A stretch of DNA of 64,000 bases from an uncultured bacterium (lineage in GTDB: Bacteria; Schekmanbacteria; GWA2-38-11; J061): assembly GCA_964549305.1 (NCBI GenBank), contig CAZJVM010000003.1, positions 1 through 64,000 of the forward strand, given 5' to 3'. The notes beneath the pieces were generated by a model that was not told the DNA's origin, ran no database searches, and saw only the letters and a list, made by a program, of their open reading frames with translations. How positions within the stretch are numbered: position 1 is the first letter of the stretch; every line of letters starts with the position of its first letter. Below, piece by piece: positions 50,101-59,081 of the stretch. The position numbers were made by a program, and so were the translations under genes.

Positions 50101-50126
50101 ATCATGCCTGTCCAAAACAGATTTTT
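50101..50126 (+). repeat. Copy 2 of the 26-bp intergenic direct repeat
   Basis: ATCATGCCTGTCCAAAACAGATTTTT; 24/26 identical to 12925-12950. Confidence 0.7.
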
Positions 50127-50247
50127 CATAACTTATATTTAACAGAGTCCCCTGATAAAAATACTGCTTAACTACGGAAAACAATACCTACACGGACAAA
50201 AGAACTTTGTGATGATTAGATATTTTTTTTAAAGACAACCTCTTTTA

Positions 50248-51378
50248 TTAATTTGTTTCCATTGTTTTTCTGAAAACATTCAGAGTTTCTATGGCAGTCC
50301 TTCGCCACGAAAACTGTTTTACATGTTCAAGTCCCCCGGAAATCATTTTTTCCCTTAGCGGTTTGTCCTTCATAAGTGCCTTCATTTTTTCCGCAATGTC
50401 GGACACATTGTAAGGGTCCGCAAGCAGTGCGCACCCTCCGGCAACTTCGGGAAGCGCTGAGACCGTTGAAGTTACTACGGGTGCGCCGCAGGACATTGCT
50501 TCTATTACGGGTATTCCGAAAGACTCGTATTTTGACGCGAAAACAAAAAGGTCGGCATTGCGGTAAAGAGGCGGAAGTTCGTTGTTTGGAATAAATCCGG
50601 TAAATATAATGTCTTTTTCCCAGCGGGAAAATTGTGTGCCGAACCAGTCATTTTTTAAAAGAGGCCTTTTGTCTCCTACCAAAACAAGCTGATGCTCGAT
50701 TTTTTCGTTTTCTTTCAGCACCGCGAATGCCTCCACAAGGCCTTTTACATTTTTATGGCTTTTGGTACTTGCCACGGAAAGCACGAATTTTCCCCTGATT
50801 CCGTATTTTTTTCTGATGTCCTCCTTGTGGGGAGTTGATATATTGAAATTTTCCCCCACAGAATAAGGTATTACATCTATAAGAGAAGAGTCAGCTTTGA
50901 AATAGTCGATTAGCTCTTTCCTGGTATATTGGGAAACAGTGATAATTCTGTCGCTCTTTCTCGAACTTCTCGGAATGAAAAAGTCGAGAGTCTTCAGGGT
51001 TAAATTGTCAAAGTCCCGCGGATGATGAATATATTTTATGCAGTGGATTGTTGTGACGGTTTTACATTTAATATTAAGCGGAGTGATATAGGCGGGAGAG
51101 AAAAGCAAGTCAACTGCTCTTTTTTTTGCCTGAAGCGGCAGAATAAATTGTTCCCAAAGCGTTTTTGAGATGCTTAAACCTGATGATACAGGACATTGTA
51201 TTTTTTCAGCTTTCCAGTTTTTAGAAAGAAATATTTCAAAGTTTTCTTTGTTGCAGAAAATAAAATATTCGTTTTCATTATCGATGCGCAAAAGCTCTTC
51301 GAGGAGGTTTTCAAGATAAACCTGCATCCCTCCGTATCCTCCGCTCATTGAATATAGCGCGTTGATTCCAATTTTCAT
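50248..51378 (-). CDS. Glycosyltransferase family 4 (MtfB/WbaZ-like)
   Basis: MKIGINA, WEQ, IITVSQYT, HKN, YESFGIPVIEAMSCG and FSW. Confidence 0.92.
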   Translation of the reverse strand: MKIGINALYSMSGGYGGMQVYLENLLEELLRIDNENEYFIFCNKENFEIFLSKNWKAEKIQCPVSSGLSISKTLWEQFILPLQAKKRAVDLLFSPAYITPLNIKCKTVTTIHCIKYIHHPRDFDNLTLKTLDFFIPRSSRKSDRIITVSQYTRKELIDYFKADSSLIDVIPYSVGENFNISTPHKEDIRKKYGIRGKFVLSVASTKSHKNVKGLVEAFAVLKENEKIEHQLVLVGDKRPLLKNDWFGTQFSRWEKDIIFTGFIPNNELPPLYRNADLFVFASKYESFGIPVIEAMSCGAPVVTSTVSALPEVAGGCALLADPYNVSDIAEKMKALMKDKPLREKMISGGLEHVKQFSWRRTAIETLNVFRKTMETN

Positions 51379-51512
51379 AAACTTAAAAGTTCTTCCTCAT
51401 TAATGTTGAAGTTACTGAATTTTTTTATAATTAGTCCGATTAGCCCTGTTCGAAATTTAAATTTTTTAAAAATTGAGTATTCGACATAAATTTTAAATAA
51501 AATTATCCACAA

Positions 51513-52943
51513 ATGAAAATACTATTTATAAGCAATCAGCTTCTGGAGTTTACCAATTATGAACCACTGGGAATACTTTATCTTTCATCATATCTGAAAA
51601 AACACGGACATTTGACGGCTTTTGCAAATTCCCGAATCAAGGAAGTCATTTCCGTAATGGACACTTTCCAGCCCGACATAGTCGCCTACAGCGTGACAAC
51701 GGGAATGCACGGCGATTTGATTTCCTTTAACAGAGAGCTCAAGAAAAGATATGATTTCTTGTCCCTTTTCGGAGGACCGCACGCGACTTTTTTCCCTCAA
51801 ATGATAGAAGAAGAAGGAGTTGATGCTGTCTGCGTAGGGGAAGGCGAAGAGGCGATTGGCGAACTTGCCGACAAGATGTCCCGCAAGGAGGACATATCAT
51901 CGGTTGAAAATCTTCTCGTAAAAACGTCTTTGGGTATAAAGAAAAACGATGTACGCCATCTCGTTGATGACCTTGATGTCTATCCATTTCCCGACAGAGA
52001 ACTGATTTATTCGAAAAACAGCGAAATGAGGGATTCAAAAATAAAATTTTTTATTACAAACCGGGGATGCCCTTTCAAATGCACATACTGTTTTAACCAC
52101 TATTTTCATAAGATTTACGAAGGAAAGGGTAAAATTGTCAGATTAAGGTCCGTTGACAATGTAATAACGGAGATAGAAGAAGTGAGAGGAAAGTATCCCC
52201 TCGACTTTTTGAAGTTTGTGAACGATATTTTTGCCTTTACCGATGAATGGTTAGATGAATTTGCGGATAAGTACAGCAGAAAAATAGGACTTCCCTTTTA
52301 CAGCATAGTAAGGGCGAATATGATGACTCCTTACAGGGCGAAGAAACTTCGCGAAGCAGGGTGTGTATCAGTGGCAATGGGAGTGGAAAGCGGGAATGAT
52401 TCCATAAGAAACGACATTCTTAAAAGGTCGATGAAAAGAGAGGAAATAACCGAAGCGTGCAGGATGATCAAGGGAGAAGGGATAAAAATATTTACACAGA
52501 ATATACTGGGACTTCCCGGTGAAACTTATGACAATGTCCTCGAAACTCTAAAGCTCAATATTGAATGCGCGCCGGACTATGCCTGGGTGAGTCTTTACAC
52601 ACCATATCCGAATACGGAACTTGGTGAGAAGGCGCGCGAGATGGGGTTTTTTGACGGAAATATAGATGACTTTCCTGCTACATACCATATCGGGTCACCG
52701 ATGAAGATACCCGATAAAAAGAGAATCGAGAGACTGCAGAAACTCTTTGCCGTGGCAGTTGAGTTTAAAACATTCCGACCTCTACTTCCCTATCTTGTTA
52801 AAATGCCCGGCGGAAAAATTTATGAATTCATCAGGAAGGTGTGGAAAGGGTATGCATTCAAGAGCAGGATTTATCCCGTGAAAATGTCTTTTCCGGAACT
52901 TTTCAAACAGGCGATAATTTTTATCTTCAGCAAGGGTGGATAA
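51513..52943 (+). CDS. Cobalamin-binding radical SAM protein
   Basis: PLGILYLS, GGPHAT, GEGE, RGCPFKCTYC, GVESG and PYPNT. Confidence 0.92.
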   Translation: MKILFISNQLLEFTNYEPLGILYLSSYLKKHGHLTAFANSRIKEVISVMDTFQPDIVAYSVTTGMHGDLISFNRELKKRYDFLSLFGGPHATFFPQMIEEEGVDAVCVGEGEEAIGELADKMSRKEDISSVENLLVKTSLGIKKNDVRHLVDDLDVYPFPDRELIYSKNSEMRDSKIKFFITNRGCPFKCTYCFNHYFHKIYEGKGKIVRLRSVDNVITEIEEVRGKYPLDFLKFVNDIFAFTDEWLDEFADKYSRKIGLPFYSIVRANMMTPYRAKKLREAGCVSVAMGVESGNDSIRNDILKRSMKREEITEACRMIKGEGIKIFTQNILGLPGETYDNVLETLKLNIECAPDYAWVSLYTPYPNTELGEKAREMGFFDGNIDDFPATYHIGSPMKIPDKKRIERLQKLFAVAVEFKTFRPLLPYLVKMPGGKIYEFIRKVWKGYAFKSRIYPVKMSFPELFKQAIIFIFSKGG

Positions 52944-52949
52944 AACAGA

Positions 52950-54353
52950 TTATCCGAACCACTTTTTTTCCGTTGCCGTTCGAAGGTCTGATTTTTTTCC
53001 CTTGATTATATCCTCTGCCACATTGAGTCCCATTTCAACGGAATGGTCCATATTGTTGTATCTGAAAAGTGCGTTTCTTCCGAAATAGTGAAGATTGTCA
53101 AATCCCTCGAGATAGTCTTTTATTACCGTTACGTGTTGACGGTAGTATATGTCATAAATGGGATAGGCGTGTTTAAGCTTGCAGAGAAAATAGCTTTCCA
53201 CATCATTTTCACCTATCAGACCCATTTGCACAAGGTCTTCCGTTACTCTGTCAACGATTCTCTCATCATTCATATTCCAGATTCTGTCTCCGAAAAAGCA
53301 GGTGACTTCGGCGCATATAATTGTCTTTCTCGGGGGCGCGGAGTTTTCGTTGAAATTTTTGAACTCAGAAAACCGGTTGCTTATAAATTTTCTCTCGGGC
53401 ATATAAATCCAGTGATTTGCACTCAAACGCGGTCTGTTAACAACAAGATAGACAAAAACGATTGAGCGGAAAAAAAGCTCTGAGCAGGACTGTTTGATTT
53501 TCCCTTCGGGTTCGGGTGTTATGAGAGAAACAAGGTCTGTAAGGGGGATAGTTGAACAGAAATAATCGTATTCTTCCTTTTTAGGCGATGAGCCGTTTTC
53601 ATAAGAAATTGAGAGAATTCTATTCTTGTCTGTTTCAATCTCTTTCACTTCAGCGCCCGTAATAACCTTGTTTCCCATAGCAAGTATTTTCTCTCTGTAT
53701 TTTTCGCATATCGTCCCTATCCCGCCGTTTTCAGGATAGGAAAATTCAGAGACATAGGTGCGGGGAATATTTTTGGGTCTAAAAAGCGTTTTCATTATCA
53801 CATCTGTGAGATTGAGCAGAGTTATCCTCTGTGAGGCATAATCCGCGGATATTTCCGTACAGGCGAGTCCCCAGGTTTTTTCCGTATATTCCTTGAAAAA
53901 AATTTCATAAAGCTTGTTGCCGAATCTCTTGCTTACCCAGTTTTCAAATGAATTGTCGGGAATGGACTGTAATATTATTTTGGCATAAACATAGTCATAG
54001 AAAATTTTAAGAAGTGTAAAGAAGGGCATCTTGGAAATGACATCCATTGCGCTTAAAGGGTAGATGAAATATCTGTTTTTAAGATATATTTCACTTTTTC
54101 TGATTTTCTTGACGGTTTTGTCGTCAAGGACTTCTCTTATATGGTCAACAAGCTCTTTTTTTTCTGAATGAAACCTGTGGGGTCCAAGGTCGCAGGTGAA
54201 TTCGCCCTTTTTGAAACTTCGCGCGAGACCTCCCACATAATCTTCTTTTTCGATGACAGTAACGTCAAACCCCGCTTTGGAAAGTTCATACGCGCAGGTC
54301 AATCCCGCGAGCCCGGCGCCTAAAACAGCAACTTTTCTGTTTCTTTTATCCAT
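52950..54353 (-). CDS. FAD-dependent oxidoreductase, UDP-galactopyranose-mutase-like
   Basis: GAGLAGL, DLGPHRF, YTEKTWG, AYP and GRNALFRYNNMDHS. Confidence 0.8.
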   Translation of the reverse strand: MDKRNRKVAVLGAGLAGLTCAYELSKAGFDVTVIEKEDYVGGLARSFKKGEFTCDLGPHRFHSEKKELVDHIREVLDDKTVKKIRKSEIYLKNRYFIYPLSAMDVISKMPFFTLLKIFYDYVYAKIILQSIPDNSFENWVSKRFGNKLYEIFFKEYTEKTWGLACTEISADYASQRITLLNLTDVIMKTLFRPKNIPRTYVSEFSYPENGGIGTICEKYREKILAMGNKVITGAEVKEIETDKNRILSISYENGSSPKKEEYDYFCSTIPLTDLVSLITPEPEGKIKQSCSELFFRSIVFVYLVVNRPRLSANHWIYMPERKFISNRFSEFKNFNENSAPPRKTIICAEVTCFFGDRIWNMNDERIVDRVTEDLVQMGLIGENDVESYFLCKLKHAYPIYDIYYRQHVTVIKDYLEGFDNLHYFGRNALFRYNNMDHSVEMGLNVAEDIIKGKKSDLRTATEKKWFG

Positions 54354-54489
54354 TTTGAGTTAATATAACAGATATAATAACTTCAGCAAAACTTTACTTT
54401 TAGAAAAATTATTTCGACAATAATCACTAATTTTTCAATGATATTTTTAGTTTGCCGATTGTGTTGTTTTTTAAAAAGGTAAAATCCCA

Positions 54490-55242
54490 ATGGAAAAAGA
54501 TGTTTATTCCGAGTTTCTGAATCTCGAAAAAAATCACTGGTGGTTTCTTGGAAGAAGAAGCATTTTCTTTAGCCTTTTGGATAAATTTTTGGACGGCAGA
54601 AAAGATTTGAATATAATCGACGTGGGATGCGGTCCGGGGGAGATGATTGAACCCCTTGAAAAATACGGTAATGTAACTGCCTGTGATATCACATTCGATG
54701 CCCTTGATTTTTGTTCGGAAAGGGGTTTCAACCTGCTTATGCTTGCAGACGGAAGCAGACTTCCCGTTAAGGATGAAAGTTATGACCTTCTCTCCCTCTT
54801 CGATACACTTGAGCATATCGACGATGATGTGTCAGTCCTCAGGGACTCATACCGTGTGCTCAAAGACGGTGCATTCGTGATTATAACGCTTCCCGCGTAT
54901 AATTTTCTTTTCAGCAATAACGACCGCGCGGCACATCATAAAAGGCGTTACAGCGCCGGCGAGATAAGCAGAAAGGCGCAGGTTGCCGGATTTAATGTAA
55001 GAAAGGTTACCTATATCAATACATTTCTTTTCCCGGTGATTTTTTCTGCGCTAATTTTGATAAAAATAAAGGAAGCTATTTTTCCTGTTGCAAATCCGGA
55101 TAAAACGAATATTTCTTTTTCGGTTCCCCAAATAATTAACAGCATACTGGCATCTATTTTTTGTTTTGAAAGCAGGATTCTCAAGAATATATCATTTCCA
55201 TTCGGACATTCTCTCGTATGCATAGCGCAAAAGAAAAAATAA
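54490..55242 (+). CDS. Class I SAM-dependent methyltransferase
   Basis: HWWFLGRR, DVGCGPG, DTLEH and HHKRRY. Confidence 0.9.
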   Translation: MEKDVYSEFLNLEKNHWWFLGRRSIFFSLLDKFLDGRKDLNIIDVGCGPGEMIEPLEKYGNVTACDITFDALDFCSERGFNLLMLADGSRLPVKDESYDLLSLFDTLEHIDDDVSVLRDSYRVLKDGAFVIITLPAYNFLFSNNDRAAHHKRRYSAGEISRKAQVAGFNVRKVTYINTFLFPVIFSALILIKIKEAIFPVANPDKTNISFSVPQIINSILASIFCFESRILKNISFPFGHSLVCIAQKKK

Positions 55243-56729
55243 TACTTTTTCATCCTCGAACCGCTTTTTCCTCCACCGGTTCCATCGTGCCTCTTCATCT
55301 TCTTGCGGTGTGCAGGCATTTGGACAGCCAAAAATTCGATGTGCTCATAATAAACGGTGAAATGGAGCACGACTACAGGGAAAAGCTCAAAGAGCATTGC
55401 AAGGATGCCCTGTGCATCGGCATCGGATTTATGACCGGATATCAGATTAAACAGGCAATCGAGGCATCTAAGATTGCCCGTGATGTTAACCCGGGCATAA
55501 GGGTTATATGGGGCGGATGGCATCCCTCTGTTTCAACTGAGCAGACTCTCGAACATCCCCTCGCTGACATATTAGTGCGTGGACAGGGAGATGTTGTTTT
55601 CTCCGAACTTGTAAACGCGATTTCCGAAGGAAGGGATATTTCCGCCATAAAGGGACTTGCTTTCAGGAAAAACGGTGCGATAACAATAACCGATGATAAT
55701 TATCTCGAAGATTTAAAATCGTTCGATTCTCTGCCTTTCCAACTTCTTCCTCTCAACGATTATATCAGGGGGACGCGCCTCGGACTTAGAAATATTCATT
55801 ACTACTCAAGTCAGGGGTGTCCGTTCAGATGTTCGTTCTGTGCCGATTCCCTTGTTAACAAAAGAAGGTGGGTAAGCATCTCAAATGAACAGTTTATCGA
55901 AGATGTGAAATTTCTCAGGAAAGAATGCAATATAGATTCGGCAACGGTCATAGACAGTAATTTTTTCGTTGATATGAAAAGAATCAGAGGGCTTGCAGAC
56001 CTTCTTGTGAAAGAAAATCTTGGCGTAAAGTATGGCGGTTTGAACGGTCGCGCGGCACAGTTGAAAAAAATTGAAACTTCCGAATGGAAGCATTTTTCAG
56101 AAGCGGGATTCAAAGAACTTTTCGTCGGTGTGGAATCCGCTCTTCAGGAACAGCTGAATTTCATAAAAAAGGATACGAAGGCGACTGATGTACTCGAACT
56201 GGCAGACAACTTAAAGGGTGTTGATATAAGTCTCACTTTTTCTCTTATAATGGGACTGCCAGGGTCTTCAGAGAGAATGAATGATATATCCGCCGACCTT
56301 GACAGGGAACTTGAAAGCGCTTTATCTCTTACGAAAAAGGTATTCGAGGCAAACCCAGGCGCAACTGCCTGGTTTTTCCTCTATACTCCCTATCCCGGGA
56401 CTCCGCTTTTTGACAGAAGTGTTGAAAACGGTTTCAAAAAGCCCGTAAGTCTCGAAGAATGGGAGGGGATGGACCTTGGAAACATAAACATACCGTGGAT
56501 TTCAAAGACATTCGCAAACAAAGTTTCCTTCTTCACGGAATTCATTTTCTATTTTTTGCTGGAGGAAAGGTTGAATAATTTTCTGAAAAGCAAAGGTTCC
56601 GTCATGAAAAAAGTTATTTATATCATTTTGCATAACCTTGCCAGATTCAGATGGAAAACCGGTTTTTTCTCATTGCGATTTGAGAATTCCCTTGTTAAAT
56701 TCCTTAGAAAGTTGTCAGGGGGAGTTTAA
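55218..56729 (+). CDS. Cobalamin-binding radical SAM protein
   Basis: WGGWHPS, GQGD, SQGCPFRCSFC, DSNFF, GVES and PYPGT. Confidence 0.9.
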   Translation: MHSAKEKIILFHPRTAFSSTGSIVPLHLLAVCRHLDSQKFDVLIINGEMEHDYREKLKEHCKDALCIGIGFMTGYQIKQAIEASKIARDVNPGIRVIWGGWHPSVSTEQTLEHPLADILVRGQGDVVFSELVNAISEGRDISAIKGLAFRKNGAITITDDNYLEDLKSFDSLPFQLLPLNDYIRGTRLGLRNIHYYSSQGCPFRCSFCADSLVNKRRWVSISNEQFIEDVKFLRKECNIDSATVIDSNFFVDMKRIRGLADLLVKENLGVKYGGLNGRAAQLKKIETSEWKHFSEAGFKELFVGVESALQEQLNFIKKDTKATDVLELADNLKGVDISLTFSLIMGLPGSSERMNDISADLDRELESALSLTKKVFEANPGATAWFFLYTPYPGTPLFDRSVENGFKKPVSLEEWEGMDLGNINIPWISKTFANKVSFFTEFIFYFLLEERLNNFLKSKGSVMKKVIYIILHNLARFRWKTGFFSLRFENSLVKFLRKLSGGV

Positions 56730-56761
56730 AGGTTTCCGTTAAGAAAAGACATTTTTTTGTC

Positions 56762-57817
56762 TTACGCTTTATGCAAATAGCTTTTGTCGTATTCCATAAG
56801 AATATGAGCGGATGTTTTGATTTTTTCCGACAACGACATTTCCTCAGGTATGGACTTGCCCGTAAGTTTTCTCAGAAGTTTCGATGCTCTTTTCATCTCA
56901 TCACCGCCTTTTACGCAGTTTTTAAGGATTTCTTCTGCAGTTTCAAAAAAAAGCGATGTTGAATTAACGGCAAGATTTGCTCTTTTGCGGGTTTTTAAAT
57001 TGTAACTTACATACCTGATATAATCATTCACTTTAAAACCACGATTAATTTTTCCCGAGAGTAAATCAAGAAATTTTTCAGTTGTCTCTTTTGCTTCAGA
57101 AATCGGGTAATGCCCCGCGTAATCCCCTTCAAATCTTGAAGCAATTGCGTCGCGGAGAAATCGAGAAAATTCTGAGCTTATTTCCCTTTCATACTCTAAT
57201 GCCTTTTCAGAACATTTTTTAAGACTGTAAAAGTTTTTCCACTCTCCGTAGGAGGCATTGTTTTCTTTAAAGAATAAAAATGCCTGAAATGCCTGAATTG
57301 CCGATTTTTCAAAATAGGGCATTCCGGAGTCGCCTTCGCTTATTCCCTTGATTAAAAATTTATAGGCCCGTTTCAGGTTATTTACCGGTTCCGGAGTCTT
57401 CATCTTATCAAGCGTTCTGTCGAGACCGTTCTCTTTTTTTAAAGTTTTTCCCGCAAGTGTGGTGAGATGAAATTTCAGAGCTTTATCCCAAACAATGATA
57501 AATTCGATATCTCTGATAACATTTATCCTTGATTTTAATTGGGCAAGGAGATGGTTTTTCCGCGCGGAAATGCTTTGCCATAAGGAATCGAAGACAAGAA
57601 AGATATCTACATCGCTTGAAACTTCGCTTTTCCGGTTTTTCTCGATGGTTTTTCCCTCTGCGTAACAAAGACTTCCTCCGAGAATAATCGAGCATTTAGG
57701 GAATTCAGAGGATATTGATTCAACTAATGATTCAATTTCTTTCTTAATTTCATTGTTTAAGGGATTTTCTTTATCAATGAGAAATGTTTCGGATTGAATC
57801 AATTTGCTTTCAGTCAT
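56762..57817 (-). CDS. Hypothetical protein with pol-beta-type nucleotidyltransferase motif
   Basis: IILGGS...SDVDIFLV (hG[GS]...DhD) followed by a helical C-terminal region. Confidence 0.55.
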   Translation of the reverse strand: MTESKLIQSETFLIDKENPLNNEIKKEIESLVESISSEFPKCSIILGGSLCYAEGKTIEKNRKSEVSSDVDIFLVFDSLWQSISARKNHLLAQLKSRINVIRDIEFIIVWDKALKFHLTTLAGKTLKKENGLDRTLDKMKTPEPVNNLKRAYKFLIKGISEGDSGMPYFEKSAIQAFQAFLFFKENNASYGEWKNFYSLKKCSEKALEYEREISSEFSRFLRDAIASRFEGDYAGHYPISEAKETTEKFLDLLSGKINRGFKVNDYIRYVSYNLKTRKRANLAVNSTSLFFETAEEILKNCVKGGDEMKRASKLLRKLTGKSIPEEMSLSEKIKTSAHILMEYDKSYLHKA

Positions 57818-57917
57818 AAGGTAAATGCCTTGATAAAATATTATGCCTTTATTATAGAAATTATACCGTGTTAATGAAATAATAATGACAATAATAAATT
57901 AAAAAAGAGAGATAATT

Positions 57918-59066
57918 ATGTCTTCGAAAGTATCCCTTGTATCGTGTGCCGAATATGAAAAGGAAAAAGTTGATTCAGCGGTAAAGGAAGCAGTAGGCCT
58001 TTTAGGCGGAATCGAAAAATTCGTATCAGGCGGAAACAGGGTGCTTATCAAGCCGAATCTCCTTTCGGGAAAACCTCCGGAAAAAGCCGTAACAACCCAT
58101 CCTATGGTGCTTGCCGCGGTAATTGATTTGGTAAGGGAGGCGGGAGGCATTCCCGTAGTTGGAGACAGTCCGGCAACGGAAGGCAAGGGAAGTCTCGAGA
58201 AATTCAAAAAGGTTTGCGAAATCACCGGCATTCTCGATGTCGTTGAAAAGAAAGAGGTCGAACTTGCCCATTTCAGCTCATCGAGAATCGAAATCGAAAA
58301 CCCCGAAGGGAAAATATTTAAGAAATTTACTGTTACCGAAGAGATTAAAAAATGTGATGTCCTTATTAATCTTTGTAAGCTCAAGACGCACGGACTGACG
58401 CTTCTCACGGGGGCGGTGAAGAACCTTTTCGGATGCGTGCCGGGGCTTTTAAAGGGACAGCTTCATATGCGCGCCCCCCACAGGCCCGAGTTTTCACAGA
58501 TGCTCGTTGACCTTTATCAGGTTGTAAAGCCCTCGATTAATATAATGGACGCCGTTGTGGGAATGGACGGCAACGGTCCCGGAAACGGAAACCCGAGAAA
58601 AGTGGGGGCAGTCATAGCAAGTATCGATGCAGTCGCGCTGGATTCCGTTGCCTGCCAGATAATCGGAAAAAGCCCCTATGCCCTCGACACATGCAAAATT
58701 GGGGAATCACAGGGAATAGGTGTCGCGAATCCCCATGAGATAGAAGTGCTTGGAGACGATGTGGGAAAATTTTTAGTATCGGACTATGAAGTGCTTGTAG
58801 ATGATGTTACGGACAAACCACTTATGAGGTTTATTATCGCGCTTATGCGTGAGAGGACAACGGCTAAACCGGTAGTTGACAAGAAGAAATGTACAGGGTG
58901 TAAAACCTGCCACGTTGCCTGCGTGCCGGAGGCGATAACTATGGCCGATGGCTATCCGGTGATGGATTACGATAAATGTATAAAATGTTACTGTTGTCAC
59001 GAAGTTTGTCCCGAAGGAGCAATCAACCTTAAAAAAGGGCTTCTTTACAGGCTGCTTTCAAGATAA
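57918..59066 (+). CDS. DUF362-domain protein with C-terminal 2x[4Fe-4S] ferredoxin
   Basis: VLIKPN, TTHP, KLKTH and GAVKNLFG; CTGCKTC...C and CIKCYCC...CP. Confidence 0.88.
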   Translation: MSSKVSLVSCAEYEKEKVDSAVKEAVGLLGGIEKFVSGGNRVLIKPNLLSGKPPEKAVTTHPMVLAAVIDLVREAGGIPVVGDSPATEGKGSLEKFKKVCEITGILDVVEKKEVELAHFSSSRIEIENPEGKIFKKFTVTEEIKKCDVLINLCKLKTHGLTLLTGAVKNLFGCVPGLLKGQLHMRAPHRPEFSQMLVDLYQVVKPSINIMDAVVGMDGNGPGNGNPRKVGAVIASIDAVALDSVACQIIGKSPYALDTCKIGESQGIGVANPHEIEVLGDDVGKFLVSDYEVLVDDVTDKPLMRFIIALMRERTTAKPVVDKKKCTGCKTCHVACVPEAITMADGYPVMDYDKCIKCYCCHEVCPEGAINLKKGLLYRLLSR

Positions 59067-59081
59067 AGAGAGAGAAAAGAA

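Noticed and set aside
51503-51511. Perfect DnaA box TTATCCACA in an AT-rich divergent spacer
   Set aside because: Single copy abutting a start codon; no box cluster or dnaA/dnaN nearby, so not called as an origin.
56762-57817. CBASS or toxin-antitoxin defence system
   Set aside because: Only a minimal NTase motif is visible; no effector or partner gene is adjacent.
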